Origin: Tubiluchus corallicola
Lineage: Eukaryota; Animalia; Priapulida
Length of the DNA: 64,000 nt
Assembly (NCBI GenBank): GCA_030141605.1
Contig: JAQGDQ010000282.1
Span: forward strand, 124,001 to 188,000
Direction: 5' to 3'
A program made the translations under genes and the position numbers. Shown here in pieces: positions 1 through 14,500 of this stretch. Position 1 is the first letter of the stretch. Each line of letters begins with the position of its first letter. The notes beneath the pieces were generated by a model. The model saw only the letters and a program-made list of their open reading frames with translations, was not told where the DNA came from and ran no database searches.

Positions 1-889
1 TTTAGTTTATTATAACACATCTGCCTGGGTGAGATTACACCACAACAAAAAGGGAGAAAATGGTATAGGCCTACAATAAGCCTTAAATGACAAACAAACA
101 AATCATTAGGGGTTGCTCTAAGCTTTAGAAAAACCATTCGGCAAACAGGAAGCCCGAATCCAGCGATCAAAGGCAGTACTAGTGACTCAACGCCAAGTTT
201 GTAGCTGTTTTAATATCAAAAATATCTCTCTAATGTGAATCACTAACCGGCCTCTTAACGTGTTCGGTTGTATATTTACACATAATTCCTCTACCACGTA
301 AATAGACGAACTATTTTAAGTGAATAATGTTCCATATAAAAAAACGCCATTATCAAGAAAAGGATGCACAACAAGTTGCACTACAAGTTTAGAAAAATGT
401 TGATTGTTAGGTATGACACAATATCAATGCAATTTGAGTACCAAAGACGGCCAAATCTAGCTGTTAATATTGAAACTCTTAACGAGAAAATTATTATTGT
501 TATACTCACTTTTACGCTCATTGAAAAATATGAGTTCATGTAATTAAACGAGATAAAATTTACACTAGAAATTTCACAATTATATCACATTACCCGTATG
601 TTACACGACACAAATATACTGAATTACACTACATTACCTTATATTACTTTATGTAATATACAATTTACATTATATAAAAAACATAAAACTATAATTACTA
701 TAGCCGCATGTATTTACTATATTATTAAAAATGTTTAATAATATTAAAATTATTAAAAGTCTTAAGCTATGAACATTTTATATAAAGATTTACTGACGGA
801 AAATGTCAGTTTAAACATTTTTCGCTGCAAGACCTTACAGTCAATAAACTGAACTTTAAGCATAAAAAATTACAAAGCATTGGATGTTG

Positions 890-3800
890 CTAAGTTTTGA
901 TTGGTTGAAGTTCAGCTGCTTCCGTTGTCTGCTTGTGTGGTAGAAACGTTTTAGGTGGCGTCGGTTTTGGCCATTTATGTATATGCCCCTTCCAGCTAGA
1001 AAAGCAAATTTGAATTTGTTGAACTAGCCATATGTATAGCCGTAAGGCAACTCTGTAACAGAGTGTATTCACAATGTTAACAGTGAAAACTGTAATTATC
1101 AAAGTATTAGTGATCGAGTCTAAATCAAAAACATGTAGCCCATAGTACCAAGTTAATACTGACTTTTCATATCAGCAGCCCTTTCAGGTTGGACAGACGG
1201 ACATCACGGGACACGGCACTAGATCCTTTCGATTAAGCTAACTATGCTGGAGCCTAAGGACGTCAGATTTTAGAGGCCCAATGTTAAGAATTTCTTATTC
1301 TTCTCGAAAAATCCATATGGTTTCATATTCATTTAAACTCGCGTATTTTATAACGTACTACAAGCAATTACAGAATCTATTTTTATATAATTGCCACAAA
1401 ACAAACAAGTATAATGATTACAGCACTAAAAGTACTACGCCACATGCAGTTGTGCAGTTTACACCTACTCCTACAAGAAGCACCACTTATACAAACGAAA
1501 AAGCAAGTAAAGGCTATCCATAGCTGGCTTTACTTGTGCCCAAATGACTTTACCTTTTCTGAATAGCGCCACGAAATTTGCAAATTCCTTGTGGGACTTT
1601 CAAGAAAAATTTTCAAACTTTTTTTGGGGTGAGACTCCAAAATCCCATTTTTAAAACGCAATTACACCTACAAAAAGCGCCCCTAACCGAACAACAACAA
1701 CAAAAAAAAACAAGTAAAGTACTGTGTAGTACCTTGTTAGATTGACAATTGATCGGACTATTATATGTGGCGTTTCTGCCTTGAGTAGCATATTGGGTAA
1801 AATCGTGGTAAATTCCAGCAAAGTTAGGACTTTGAAGTCCTAATGGCTTCTCGGCCTAGTAAAGCAAGGACGTCTTTATCTCGAGTGTTAGCCACGTGAT
1901 TCCGGAAGGCTTTTTCAAGAAATATGGCTTCATAAATTAGGCATTTTGACACCTTCGTCTCATATCAAAGGAAACATCCCGTTTTACGCAATTTGGCGAA
2001 TTTTGGTCATTTTGGGGTAAACAAAGAAAAAGAGGAAAAACTTTTAGTACGACGCATCTTATTCTGTGTTTCATGGCGATTTTTTTATGTTACGTATTTT
2101 TTCGGCTTTTGGCTTCCGTTCACAGAGCGTTTAAAGGAAACCTGTCGGTTTTTCCTTATTGTCCAATATATTTAGTATTGAAAGGACAATTGCATGTCTG
2201 ACGCCTTGTAAAACGGCAGCAATTCAGAGTTTGACGAAACGGAGCAGGATATTTATAGCCATTTATAGTACTTTACTTGTTTTTTTTGTTTGGATAGGTA
2301 GCGCTTTTTGTAGGAGTAATGGCTTCTCAAAAATGGACATATATTGACGATTTTTGGGGTACAGCTCAGGCGGGTCAAAAGGTCATTACCCAAAGCTTTA
2401 GGCTAGAGTGTCCACGTAACTTGGCTACAAGCACGCCAGATTTGGTCGAGTAACCCTATCTAGTTTTTTTAGTTATTCCAGAAAGATCCGTTTCTCGTAA
2501 ACTAAGCATCATAGAACAAAAATTTTACCAAATTCTGAATGTGCACATTCTCGGTTTCTAACCTTACTTATTACCATTTCGTAGGTAAATGAAACTCAAT
2601 TTGCAATTGCGAGGTGGTACGTCTCTGGACGCCTTATGGCTTCCGTTCACAAAACATTTAAAGGAAAGCATATGTTTTTTTATATCCGCTTATCTTTGTT
2701 CTAATGACACTGGCATGTTTGAGGCCTGATAAAACGGCAACGATTTAGAGTTAGACAAAACTAAGCCGGTAACTGGTAGCCAGGGGACGGTACTTTACTG
2801 GTTTTTTTCGGTTAGATAGGTGGCGCTTCTTGTAGGAGTACTGGTTTATCAAATTTGACGTATTTCGAGGAATTTTGGGTCATAACTCAGGCGGCTCAAT
2901 GAGTCACGACCCGAAATTATAAGCTAAGGTGGCTCTCTGCCCAAGTTACACGGAAGCCAAACTTGGTCAAATAGCCCTGTTTAGTTTTGAGTTATTCTAA
3001 AAAGATGCGTATCTCGGAAACTACACATCGCATAACGAAAATAACAGCAGACTCATGAATGTCAAATTTTCGACCGGACATCCTTTTTATTGCCGTTTTT
3101 TGGCTAAATGAAGCACTACTCGCGATTTTGGCGCCATGCATCTCATTCTACGTTTCATTGCGAATTCATTGATATATGGCACGCCTCTGGGCGACTTATG
3201 TGTTCCGTTCCCAAAGCATTTAAATAAAACCATGTCGATATCTAATGGTCAATAGCTTCTAGGGTTAGTAAGCCAAGACAGTTAAGTCTTCAGTGTTAGT
3301 CAGGATACACTGGCGAAAAGACAGACTGGCGAAACGATGCACTGGTGAAAAGATAGACTGAACTGACGAAAGATAGACTGTTGAAAAAATAAACTGGCGA
3401 AAGGATAACTGGCGAAGATTCGTGATTACCGTAATGAACAATTACGTAAACCGAAAACGTAGGTAATAGCGCCACTAATTCACGGTAGGTAACTGTGTAT
3501 TGTTCGGATATAAATATCCATAAAATACTAGAAAAAGATGGGCCTAGAGTGGCATAAAGTCTTCACAGGCCCCTGATCAAAATAAAAAAGGGATGTTCAT
3601 CTCGAGATTTTCTCTAATTGGCAGAAATATGGAGGTAAAAGGTCTAAGGTCGAGGTCACTGTCGTAATAAATATTGAAAGAAATAAAGCACAGAAATAAA
3701 ATACGCCTGGAATGAACTGGCTAAAGTTACTATCTTCAAACTTTGAGATTCGAGAGGTCCTTGTGGCCCTCTCTACCTGAAATGAGAAAATAGGTAGCCA

Positions 3801-4316
3801 TGTATCAAAGGTCAATGTCATAGTTTGTTTGTGTCTACTTAATATTGTCATGTGATCTTTGACTTTTTACCTCCGCATTCATATTCCCGTCACAAGTGCA
3901 GATAAAATCGAATTTGTCACCCTAATTTACCTAGTTATGACCCCTCCCGTTATACCAAAAGAAACGAGTATGAACTTACTTGAAAACAAATGTATACCAT
4001 CGTTGTTCTTTGCCAAACAAGTCGGCTTCGGCTGGCGTCTCGGCAAGATGTTCGTTTAATGTCTCAGGTAAATACAGGACAGCAATTCCTCCGACAACAG
4101 CTACTATCGCAAATATGGACATTGGTATTGATTCACTATACGTCGACTACAAAAGATGCATCGTTAAGAAAACTGATTACATTATTTATTTTCCAATATA
4201 TAATGCCATAGCTCCAGCAAAAACTAAGAAACAGAAACGAAAGCCTGTCAGTAAAGTTAAAGAACAACAATAATAACAACAACAACGAATGCGACAGCAG
4301 CAGCAGCAGCGACAAC

Positions 4317-4348
<32 letters not shown>

Positions 4349-7300
4349 CATCAACAACAACAACAACAACAACAACAACAAAAACAACTTCAAGAAAATA
4401 AAATATTGGAGGAACAAAAATTTATAAAATGACTATAACATACAAGAGATAGAAGGCAAACCAAAAGTAATGAAAAGAACAAAATAGAAATAATGAAGAA
4501 AAAATGAAAAAAGAAAGAGGGAGAAGAAAAGTAAACGAAAAGCAGACAAAAGAACAAATGTAAGGAAGACAAGGTAAAAAGAAAGAAATGAAAAGAAGAA
4601 AAAGGGTGAAAAAATCACGAAAGATGAAGAATATCGCAAAACAAACATGAAGAACGAGAACAAAGAAAAACACATACCAGAAACACAATTTGGGGGACTA
4701 TCATCAACAGGCAATTGCCACACAGGGCGCAGGTACCCATACAAGTAGATCGTAGAGTGGTTGGCACAATCTCAGCGGCTAGTAGATAAATGATTGTAAA
4801 CGATGCTGTAATCATCAACTTGGCTACCATTGCTAAAAACACTGATGCTCCTACGTATCCTGCAGAAGAAATAGTACTACGAAAATAGTACAGGAACGTT
4901 TAAAAAAATGAATTATAAGAAACGCCAAGCCTTCGGGGAAGCTAGGCTTATTTCAATGTTTGCGAAAAATGTTAGAAAGAGTTAGTAATATGAGCAATAA
5001 AATGTGATAAGCACCTCAAGTAATTAGCAAAATCACTTTAAAGTCTGTATCATTTCACGCATTGGCGCTCTCATTTTGAACTCCCAATTTTTCCAATAAT
5101 TACGTCGTTTATCGACTGAAGAACATTACTGCACGATCAGTTGCCATCTAAAATGTAACAAGTTTTTACAAAAAATTAGATAGCTAATTTTGCGATGTTT
5201 TAGCATAGACGTTAGCTGCAGAAGTTTGAAGTAGTTTAATGATAATAACCACGTTGCGTTTACGAAAAATCACGAAAAATTTACGAAGTCCACCAGTTAC
5301 TAGTCCACCACGTCATAATTTTCAAGTGAATGGTGGCTACACCGCGACTGAAAATGTCTATGCAGTACATAGTATAAATTAACCTTAAGCTTTATAAATT
5401 GTTTTTTTTTAAATTTTTTTGTAACATTTTTCTAAATTTAAGTGATAACAGTAAAACAAGCCCCAATATACTAAGTGACTTGTCCTTTCCTTTAATAAAT
5501 GCACGAATGGAAAAGCAAATAAACGATTAGGAGTAGAATAGAAAGAAATTAGAAAGGAAAGAAAAAAAAGAGAGGCAGCAAGAGAAAAGGGTTGAACAAA
5601 AAATTCTGAAAGGCGAAAGCAAAAAGTCACCGTAAAAATAATTGAACAATAGCTTCTAATCAACAGAGTGAGGTCCCAGATTCAATCAATATACGTGCGA
5701 AAAAAACAAAATTAATCATAATTAACGTTATTATATTGTACAAACAAAAACGTAGAAATCAAATTTATAAGTAATTTGACCTTTGTCCAAATCTGTAATA
5801 ACGGTAAGATTTGGTGATATAGTTTTGGAAAAGGTGTAAAGAAAAAAAAGTGAGTACAGTTAATGTAAAAAAATTACACAAATTCTGGCAGCTGAATAAT
5901 ACGCCCCGGTAAGTATTAGCAGGGACTAAGCAGTAGTAGTTCGTGTTGACGCTAGAGCGTACTGCAAAAGCACTTGCAGCTGTGTTCACTAACGCCAAAG
6001 TGTACTGCAAAAGCACTTGTACCAGTGCTCACTAACGCTACATCGTACTGGAAAAACACTTGCAGCTGTGCTCAATAGAAATTTTTTTCATGTGGAGCTA
6101 CATTGGGTGTAGATTCATATTTGTATTTGTATGTAGCAGCTTTTTATTGGCAGCTCACTGATGTCAGTGGATACTGTAAAAGCACTTGCAGCAGCAATCG
6201 TAGATGGTACTGCAAAAGCACTTGCAGCAGCAATCGTAGATGGCACTGCAAAAGCAGTTGTAGCAGTGCTCGTTGACGTCAGTTGGTACTAAAACAGCAC
6301 TTGTGGCGCTGCTCGTTATGCCATTTGGTATTGCAATAGTACTTGTGGCAGTACTAAAAAGACAAAGACAAGATTTATTTACCGTCGCGCATTTAACAAA
6401 CAACATTAGCACTAACGGCTATTTAGCGACTTGCACTAGGACACAACACACAAGTGCTTGTTGACGTCAATTGCTACTGCTAAAGCATTTGCAAGTACTA
6501 CTCATTGACATCAGTTGGACCGCAAAATCAGTTGTAGCAGTGCCTAACGATGTCAGTGGATATTATAAAAGCACTTGCGTTAGCGCTCGTTGACGTCAAT
6601 TGGTGCTGCGAAAGCAGTTGTAGTAGCACCTAATGATACCAGTAAATAGTGCAGAGTGCACCAATGCTCACTTTCGCTAGTGGGGTACTGCAAAAGCACC
6701 TGCGACAGAGTTCGTTCACGTAAACCGGTATTGCAAAAGCACATGCGGCACTGCTTATTGCATCGATTGATACTGCAAAAGCGGTTGTAGCAGTGCCTAA
6801 TGACGATAGTGGCTACTGCGAAAGCTCCTGCATCAGCTCACTGAAAAAAATACAGCAGAAAATGTTCTAGGCTTTTATAGAGATTACTTATCACCAGCTG
6901 GATTAGGCCGTTCTGCTGATGTTTAATATTTGCAAAGTGTTATAAATTATTTGACCGTAATAACCCGTAAGACCCATAAACTATACTTGAAGAATCAGTA
7001 GTGTGTACTGTTGGAGAATTAACCATTTGGCAGCAGAGCTCTGCAAGGTTAAAATTAATGCAAATGTATGGCTAAGACCCGTTTATAGACAGCGCTTCTA
7101 ATACTATACCTTTGATTTATGATCTTACATTACATAAACTAATATAAGAAATATTTTATTTAGCTCCAACAACAGCATTTCAGTCTCGAAGGCAAAACAC
7201 ACACGCACGCACGCACACACACACACACACACACACACAACTCCATCGACTATTTTAGTTGGATTTTTATGCATGCCTTGCAGGACTTTTTAAACCGTTT

Positions 7301-10300
7301 TGTGATGAACAATGCGAAAATTAACATTGTAAACGTGTAACGAATTTCAAGACTCTCGCGCATTTAAGTTTGTAAAGCCTAGGTTACGCAAAACCACAGG
7401 GTAGCACATTCGTAGGTCTGCAGCTGGCAGCTACATCTACTGTAGCAAACAGACAAGGAAAAAAGCCTTTACCTGGTGGTACAGCAATTGTCAGAAAGCA
7501 GGAGGCTGCTGTAATTAGCATTGCAAAACAAACAGGTATTCGTCTGCCAAACGTTTGCATGAGAGGCCATGAGATCGTGTAAGCTGAAATAAAAAAGCGA
7601 AAGCAAAACCTAATATATACTGCACAAAATATTGCTGCATTTATTGATGGATGTATTGCAGCATTTATTGATGGATGTCGATACTGTTGTCCAAATTACA
7701 ATTATTTGGATATAAAAATTACATGCACAAATTTTATATTCCAAGATCGACGATCAACCACCTCCTGACAATCACCATCTGTCCCTGCTCGCTTTAGAGC
7801 TCGTCAAATGCCATCTCTTGAAACAAAGTAATAAATGGCTTACCTATCGCTTCTGCGCAACCGGAGTAGAAAAAGGTTAAATAAATGTTGTCACCAATGA
7901 ACAGTCCAGAGCTGTAACTTAATCCGATGTAGACTAGCTGGTTCGTGATCCTAAGCAGAATATGAAAGTTTCCTCATAAGTATTAAAAATCTTTAAACAT
8001 ACTAAGAGCTGAACTAATAAAGTATAACTTGCCAACTAAATAACTATAAATCTATTTAATTCCCCAATTAGACCTATATCACTTTACGGCAGCACCGCTT
8101 GGGGATCATACAGTACAATTTCCAACACGTTTTGCAATCTATCCAATCAAACGTATATAACAAAGTAAGTATTGAAGACCTCAAGGTAAAATTGTGCAGA
8201 TATATACTAAACGTTAACAATAAATCAGTAAAAAACACAGTGCGATCTGAATTTGAACAGTACCCCTTAGGATAGACATAATACATAATTTAATAAGTTA
8301 CTAGCTGCAAATAATTAACAAACATAACATATCACTAATCAAACTGATTTGTTCAGAGTCTTTAAGTCAATCAGACAGTAAAATATGAGCGAAATATATA
8401 AGCGCGTAAAAGGTGTTTTAAGCTTAAAACGTTTCGAACACCTATGGAAAAATCAAGGAACTGTAAACAACAAACATTATATAGTGTCAAGCAGAAACTC
8501 CAAAATATGTACAGTATCTCAAAAAGTGGAAGGAAGAAATTAAGAGAAAACGCAGCACTAATAACAACGACGGAAACAAATTAAGAACTTATTACAAAGT
8601 TAAAGAAAACTAAAGCAAATTAATTCCATAATGCTAAAATTGCTTTTACAAAATCACGTATTAGCTCCCACTCACTTGCAATAGAAACCAATAGGCACAA
8701 TGAACCTAATAAAATCCCAGTCAACGAAAGATATTATACATGCGATCCAAACAAACAAGAAATAGAAGACGAACTACACGTGCTCTTACACTGTAGTAGA
8801 TATGAACAGCTAAGAAACACCATTTAAACTGAAATTTGTTCTATATATCCAAATTCACCTGCTCATCAGATGATGTCAAACTAAAATTACTATTGGGCTC
8901 AAACGATTCAGAAATTCTTCAAGTTGCTTGTAATTTTGTTTTAAAATGTTCTATTCCAAGGTGTAATTATTATAAATTTAAAAAACGAACTATTAGTAAC
9001 TAAGATCGTTTATGTAAATCAAATACTATAAGTGTGCGTAACTACCTTAAATACATATATATTTATGTTTACACCATTGGGTTTATACATCATAGTTTGA
9101 TGTTTTGTCGTTAGTTTAAGTTATTGAATTTAACTTGTATCATTGTATATATATATATGTTTATGTATATGTTTTATAGCGTTATATATGTTTGTATTTA
9201 TGTTTTTGTAAACAGTCTTCTACTTGTTGTGTGAATGGTAGTTACCCAATAAATATAAACCCTCTTTTACGTTTTTGTCGGGTTTACAATGGCGCAAGTT
9301 GATTCACTGTGGTGAACTGAGTAAATAAGCTCAGTTGTCCGGGAGTTCAAACTCGAAAAAGCTTGGCTTAAAATTAACGATTACCAAGTTGGTAATCGCA
9401 AAAGAAAGCGAAATAAGGAAATAGTTCGGCAAAGGAAAAAGTTTTTTAATGACCAATATATTAGTAAGCCTCTCGTGCAGTTCATGTAATGATAAAATCA
9501 AAGTTTTCCCAACAATTTTCCACAGCTGACCTTGTTATCAATGTCGTTGCAAAGCAAACAGTAATCATGGCAACCAGTTTTAAGTGGCTAACATTTTACA
9601 TTACATACAGGCTAGGCAGTTAAGCGCTCATAAAAACGCCAGCAGTGATATGGTTGCTAAAGCTGACTTACATCATATGGGACGTTTACTTTTAGCCAAA
9701 TCAGTACCCGATTTATGCAAGAGTACCCCGTTTAATTTCATGTAAAGATAACAAGGATCATTCATCATATAAGCTGGAAAAAATTAAGTTTATAAAATAT
9801 AGAAAGTTCATTGAAAGTCGAATATTAACTTAACATTTGAATGGGACATGGTACATTCTGTTATGATTGGGCCATATTGGTCCAACAAATATGATGTAAT
9901 GTACTATGATGTAATGCAGTATAATTACTTTGCACTTTGGTTATATATATATATTGCACTATGTAAATATACTGTATATTGCTGGAGTGTTGTGAAATTA
10001 AATGCTGCTTCATTAGAAGACAAATGCATTTAAACAACAGTTTTTTTCAGTGTGGCTTCAGGAAATAGTCTTTGCTCAATTATTGTCTCACTCTGAATAA
10101 CCCCTGGTATGGTATTTCACATAGTAAAGTCAAAAGTAGTACACTGTAAACTGTATAGATAAAAACTTACAGTATAGGAAAATAAAGTAGCCTAGGAAAA
10201 ATAAACAGGACGCTCAATGAACATGTATTTGGGCTATTCTCAAAGGAGTAGTTTTTGGGATAACGTGCCATGATGGGCCAATCAATTTTTTTTATTTTTT

Positions 10301-11387
10301 CTACTGCTGCGCAATGCTCCGTAATATAACACTAGACAAAGTAAAAGTTCAATGCCTAACTGCATAACTGCAACATTTGCCTCTTCGTGCAATGCATAAA
10401 TTCACATTAGGCAGTGGTCCCGCAAATGAGCCCATAACATCCACAAAGCCCACCAGAAAATTAGAACTGCCACCCAGATTGTAAGCACAATCAACAGATG
10501 TACCCATGTAAGTAAAAACTGGTTACCAGACTGAGCTAACGAAACTCACTTTCTTAGCTTTTTCTTGAGACTGGGCTACAAGACTACAGGCCATTATTTG
10601 TTGCCAATAAACAGTAATATTGTATTTGGTTTAACTTACCATACGAACAAAACAACTAAGTATTTTTTCTTTAGATAGGAATATCGAAAAATTTCAAGAA
10701 GATTTGCCGTCTCTTTCTTGCCTTCTTTTTCTTTTACCTGTACAGAACATTTAAGGCAAACAAGTAGTTTATTAGCGCCACTGCAATTGTTATCAACAAA
10801 ACCTGCTAAACTATGAAATAGAAAAACATTTTAAAATATAAGTAAATGAAGTGCATGCTGAAGTTAAGCAAAGAGGCGAAAACGTTGGTAAAGATTTTCC
10901 AAAAAAGAGCTTATTTCTCATTCGTACGGGTGCGCGCCATGCGCTTATAATATACAGTTAAAAAACAAATTAATAATCGCATACGAGTAAAATGCAGAAA
11001 ATTCACCATACCGGTACTCTGAGCTGCTCTAACAGATCTTCAGGCACTGGTTTTTTGTTAATTTTAGCTACGTGTCGTAGGATGTTATCGGCAAGTGGTT
11101 TCTTGTCGTGTGTTAAAAGCCATCTTGGACTTTCTGGCATAAACCTGAACAATAAGACATGCTAAAGAGGCGTGAGTCATAGACTTTATGAAAACGACTG
11201 TGACTAATAAGGCTGTATATAAAATTTATTTACAATTGTTAGTGGCTTTCTTGTGGCAGTTTCACAATAGTGACATCTGTCTCGCCTTTCCTCGTCCGTT
11301 ATTAAAATCGTTCTCACCGCCCTCATCCTCATCTTCCTCATCGTGTTTGTCATCATCATGGTCGCTCGTCATGTCTTCACCTCCACC

Positions 11388-11455
<68 letters not shown>

Positions 11456-11512
11456 TGTCATTATCGTCATCATCACTATCACCACCATCATCATTCGTCG
11501 TCGTCGTCATCG

Positions 11513-11552
<40 letters not shown>

Positions 11553-14500
11553 TATATTTATATAGACCGATGAAATTATAATACAATTTTTGGCAAAGAA
11601 ACAAAGACAAAGGCAAAGCGAAACACAAAGGCAGTACCAACAAAATGTGCTATAGTCTTTTTATTATCTTTCAAATTACATTTTAATATTTTTATGTGAT
11701 CCTTAACAGTTCAACGCATGCTGGCACATGAGGCCACTAATGTGGCTATTTGTTTCACAAAAATGTGCTTCTACTTCTGGCGCCAAGTCGTCACGGTATT
11801 TCTTAATTGCAATTTTAGTTTTCCATTACGTCAGAGCTGTACGGCTCTCAAATATGTCGTTAAACGGGTTATACTCGTTAAATGCATCTACCCATATATT
11901 ATCACATGATTTCGTTCATTCTAACATAGGCCTATGTGAAATTATGGATCACCATTTAGAGCACCTTTTAGCACTGTCGTGGATCCGTTTTTCGTAAAAA
12001 TTTAGAAAACGGATTGTTTACCCATAATTAGTAAATGACCGAGTTTTGTAGCACACCCAACACTGGTGAGAATTTCATTTATAAAGCGGAAGTCATACTA
12101 GAAGTACCTGAGATTTAGGGGACGTGTGGCGGATTTGTGGAAACACATTAGTACTTCCATTCTAGATTTTCAAACTTTTAAGCTATATAAAAACATGATG
12201 TAGTAGAGGACTTACCACCAATAAATAATAAACGCTGCTAGTGGAGCTGAAGTTGCCAACGCGGTCCATTTCCAGTCATAAGTTGCCCATGCTATTAGCG
12301 GTAGCAGCATGTAACCAATAGCAAAGAATACCCAAATTAGACCAGAGATCATAGAGTGCTTGTTTGGTGGGGTGATTTCTACAGCTAAGAATAAATAACG
12401 TTTTTAATTATGAATAAAACGCGCTTCATCAAGAGGGTAGTGTATAAGATCACGTACAAGCGTCGTTTTCTTGCTAGTTCATAAAGTACATCTTTTGTTT
12501 GTTAAAAGGCTTGTGTAAGTCGTGAATAGAATAAAAAAAACAGTCTCTGATGCATTCAATTTTATCTGTATGATTCAAAGTAATGTTGCCTTACAGTTAT
12601 ATTACCTTACAGATGATAATAAAAGTTGTGTTGCCTGTGATCCTAAAATTATTAGTGCAGCTAACGTAGTTAAGCTCGCGCAGAAGCAGCAGTAGCAATG
12701 GTGATGTGGTTTACTTAATTAACGAGATTAATGCACCTGGCAGCTAAGACAACAATGACGACAACAACAACAATGATAGTAAGTTAAAATATTCTTCTGT
12801 GAAAGCAACAACAATAGTCCTTATTTCATTAATCGCACTTACATAATAAAAATGGTGACATGTAAATTGGAGGGATCGTAGCTCCCACAAAGAAACGAAA
12901 CACACAGAAACTGATAAATTCAGGTGAAAACGCTGTGGCCACTCCAAATATCAGCTGCGTTGCCCAACAAGTAAAGAAACCAATTCTTCTGCCAAACCTG
13001 GTACAATTCAAATTTTAGGTAATTGTCACTGCTGAATATGTATCTTTGTGAAGAATAAACCCAATGAGGAGATTACATGTTACAATCGTTAGATTAACAA
13101 CCGATTGTTGTAAGGAGAAGCAAGTCCATGTTCTGCACCAATTATGGTGACTTCCAATCTATTATTTTATCTTTTTTAGAAATAATGATAAAAGTTAAAC
13201 TGAAATAAACTGACAATACGCGATTTTGTTTTGACAGTGAAACCGTTTATGAAGTACTAGTCTCGCAACGAATCTCTTAATTTTTGTGTCCACATGTAAT
13301 TAGAATATAATTATTGCCACAGTTCACGTCCTCTTTGCATTCAAATAATATTTATACAGGGTAGTACACAATTTTTTGCTATGCTGTCTAGTAACAGAAC
13401 GGAACAATTTATTGCATCAAAGTATTGCTCAAACAATAGAGAAACTATCAGCCCTCACTATTTAATGTGGAACCTTCGTATGTCTCGCCACAACCTTCAA
13501 TCTATGATTGGAGCAGTAAACCTGAACCTGAACCTGAACGGCAGCCGATTTTTTTTTCGGTTGAATTGAATCGTTTGGAAATTCACCGGAGCTGAGCCCC
13601 GCCAAACACACTGAAGCTGTTTCAAAAGACAGAGCGGATACTAAGAGGACAAAATAATATGTCATCGATCGCTACGCAACAGAAAGGCTTGCAAGACATC
13701 TGCAAGAGTAGGAGAATCTTGTGTTTTTCGAGTCACTGTTCTAGTTATACTCTCAAGATTGCAGGTTATGCGAGACACGCGAGGACTCCACACCAAATTT
13801 TGAAGGCACGATGGATTCGCTATTATTTGAGCAGTACTTTGATACAATAAATTGTTCTATACCACTACTTTTTCTGTACTCCCTAACAAAAAGTTATGTA
13901 CCATCCTACATATTACACGATCTTTTTATATTTATTTAAAACTTCTCATATTTCCTGATAATTACTGCACGCATAAGTCAAGTTAATGAAACATGACGCA
14001 CCTGTCTCCGATCCAGCCAAAAACGAACGTTCCAATGATTCCTCCAGCACTGAACATTGACATACTGAGGCTACCTAACCACTGTTTGTGACAAACCAAT
14101 TCCCACTGCAATTATTACAAAACAATGACAGAGCTTTTCACGTAGGTAAATGCTCGAGCGGGACCAGAAGGAGCAACAATAGCAGTCCCGAGCGGACCGG
14201 GTTCAAAAGACCCGTATTCTTCAGTTTAGAGAAGACCATAAGGGGGATGGGGAGGAGTAAGGTCAAAATATTCGGGTGTGCGTCGGGAATCTTGGTGAAT
14301 GTTCTCAAGCCACTCTTCCCATCTTTTTAAACATTCTTTTGTCAATTACTTCTATTCTTGTAGTGCACCACCTTTTCCTTTTAAACTGTCCTAATTCCCT
14401 CGTTTTTGTTCTCTTTTTTCATTTATTTAGAGGTGCTTACAGTGTCGCAAGTACCTAACAAGTTTTACTTCTGGCTCTTGCCATTAATGATATATGCATA

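Noticed and set aside
4136-4744. Hydrophobic Phe/Leu-rich ORFs resembling membrane proteins
   Set aside because: Low-complexity purine-rich intron and microsatellite; only 4859-4678 and 4146-3980 are real exons.
5930-6840. CRISPR-like repeat-spacer array
   Set aside because: The linkers are homologous to one another (gctcgttgacgtcagttg variants), the repeats are degenerate, there are no cas genes, and it sits in a spliceosomal intron.
11188-11573. Poly-Asp/Ser/His ORFs resembling acidic biomineralisation proteins
   Set aside because: An intronic (CAT)n tract open in several frames, with no splice or signal-peptide context.
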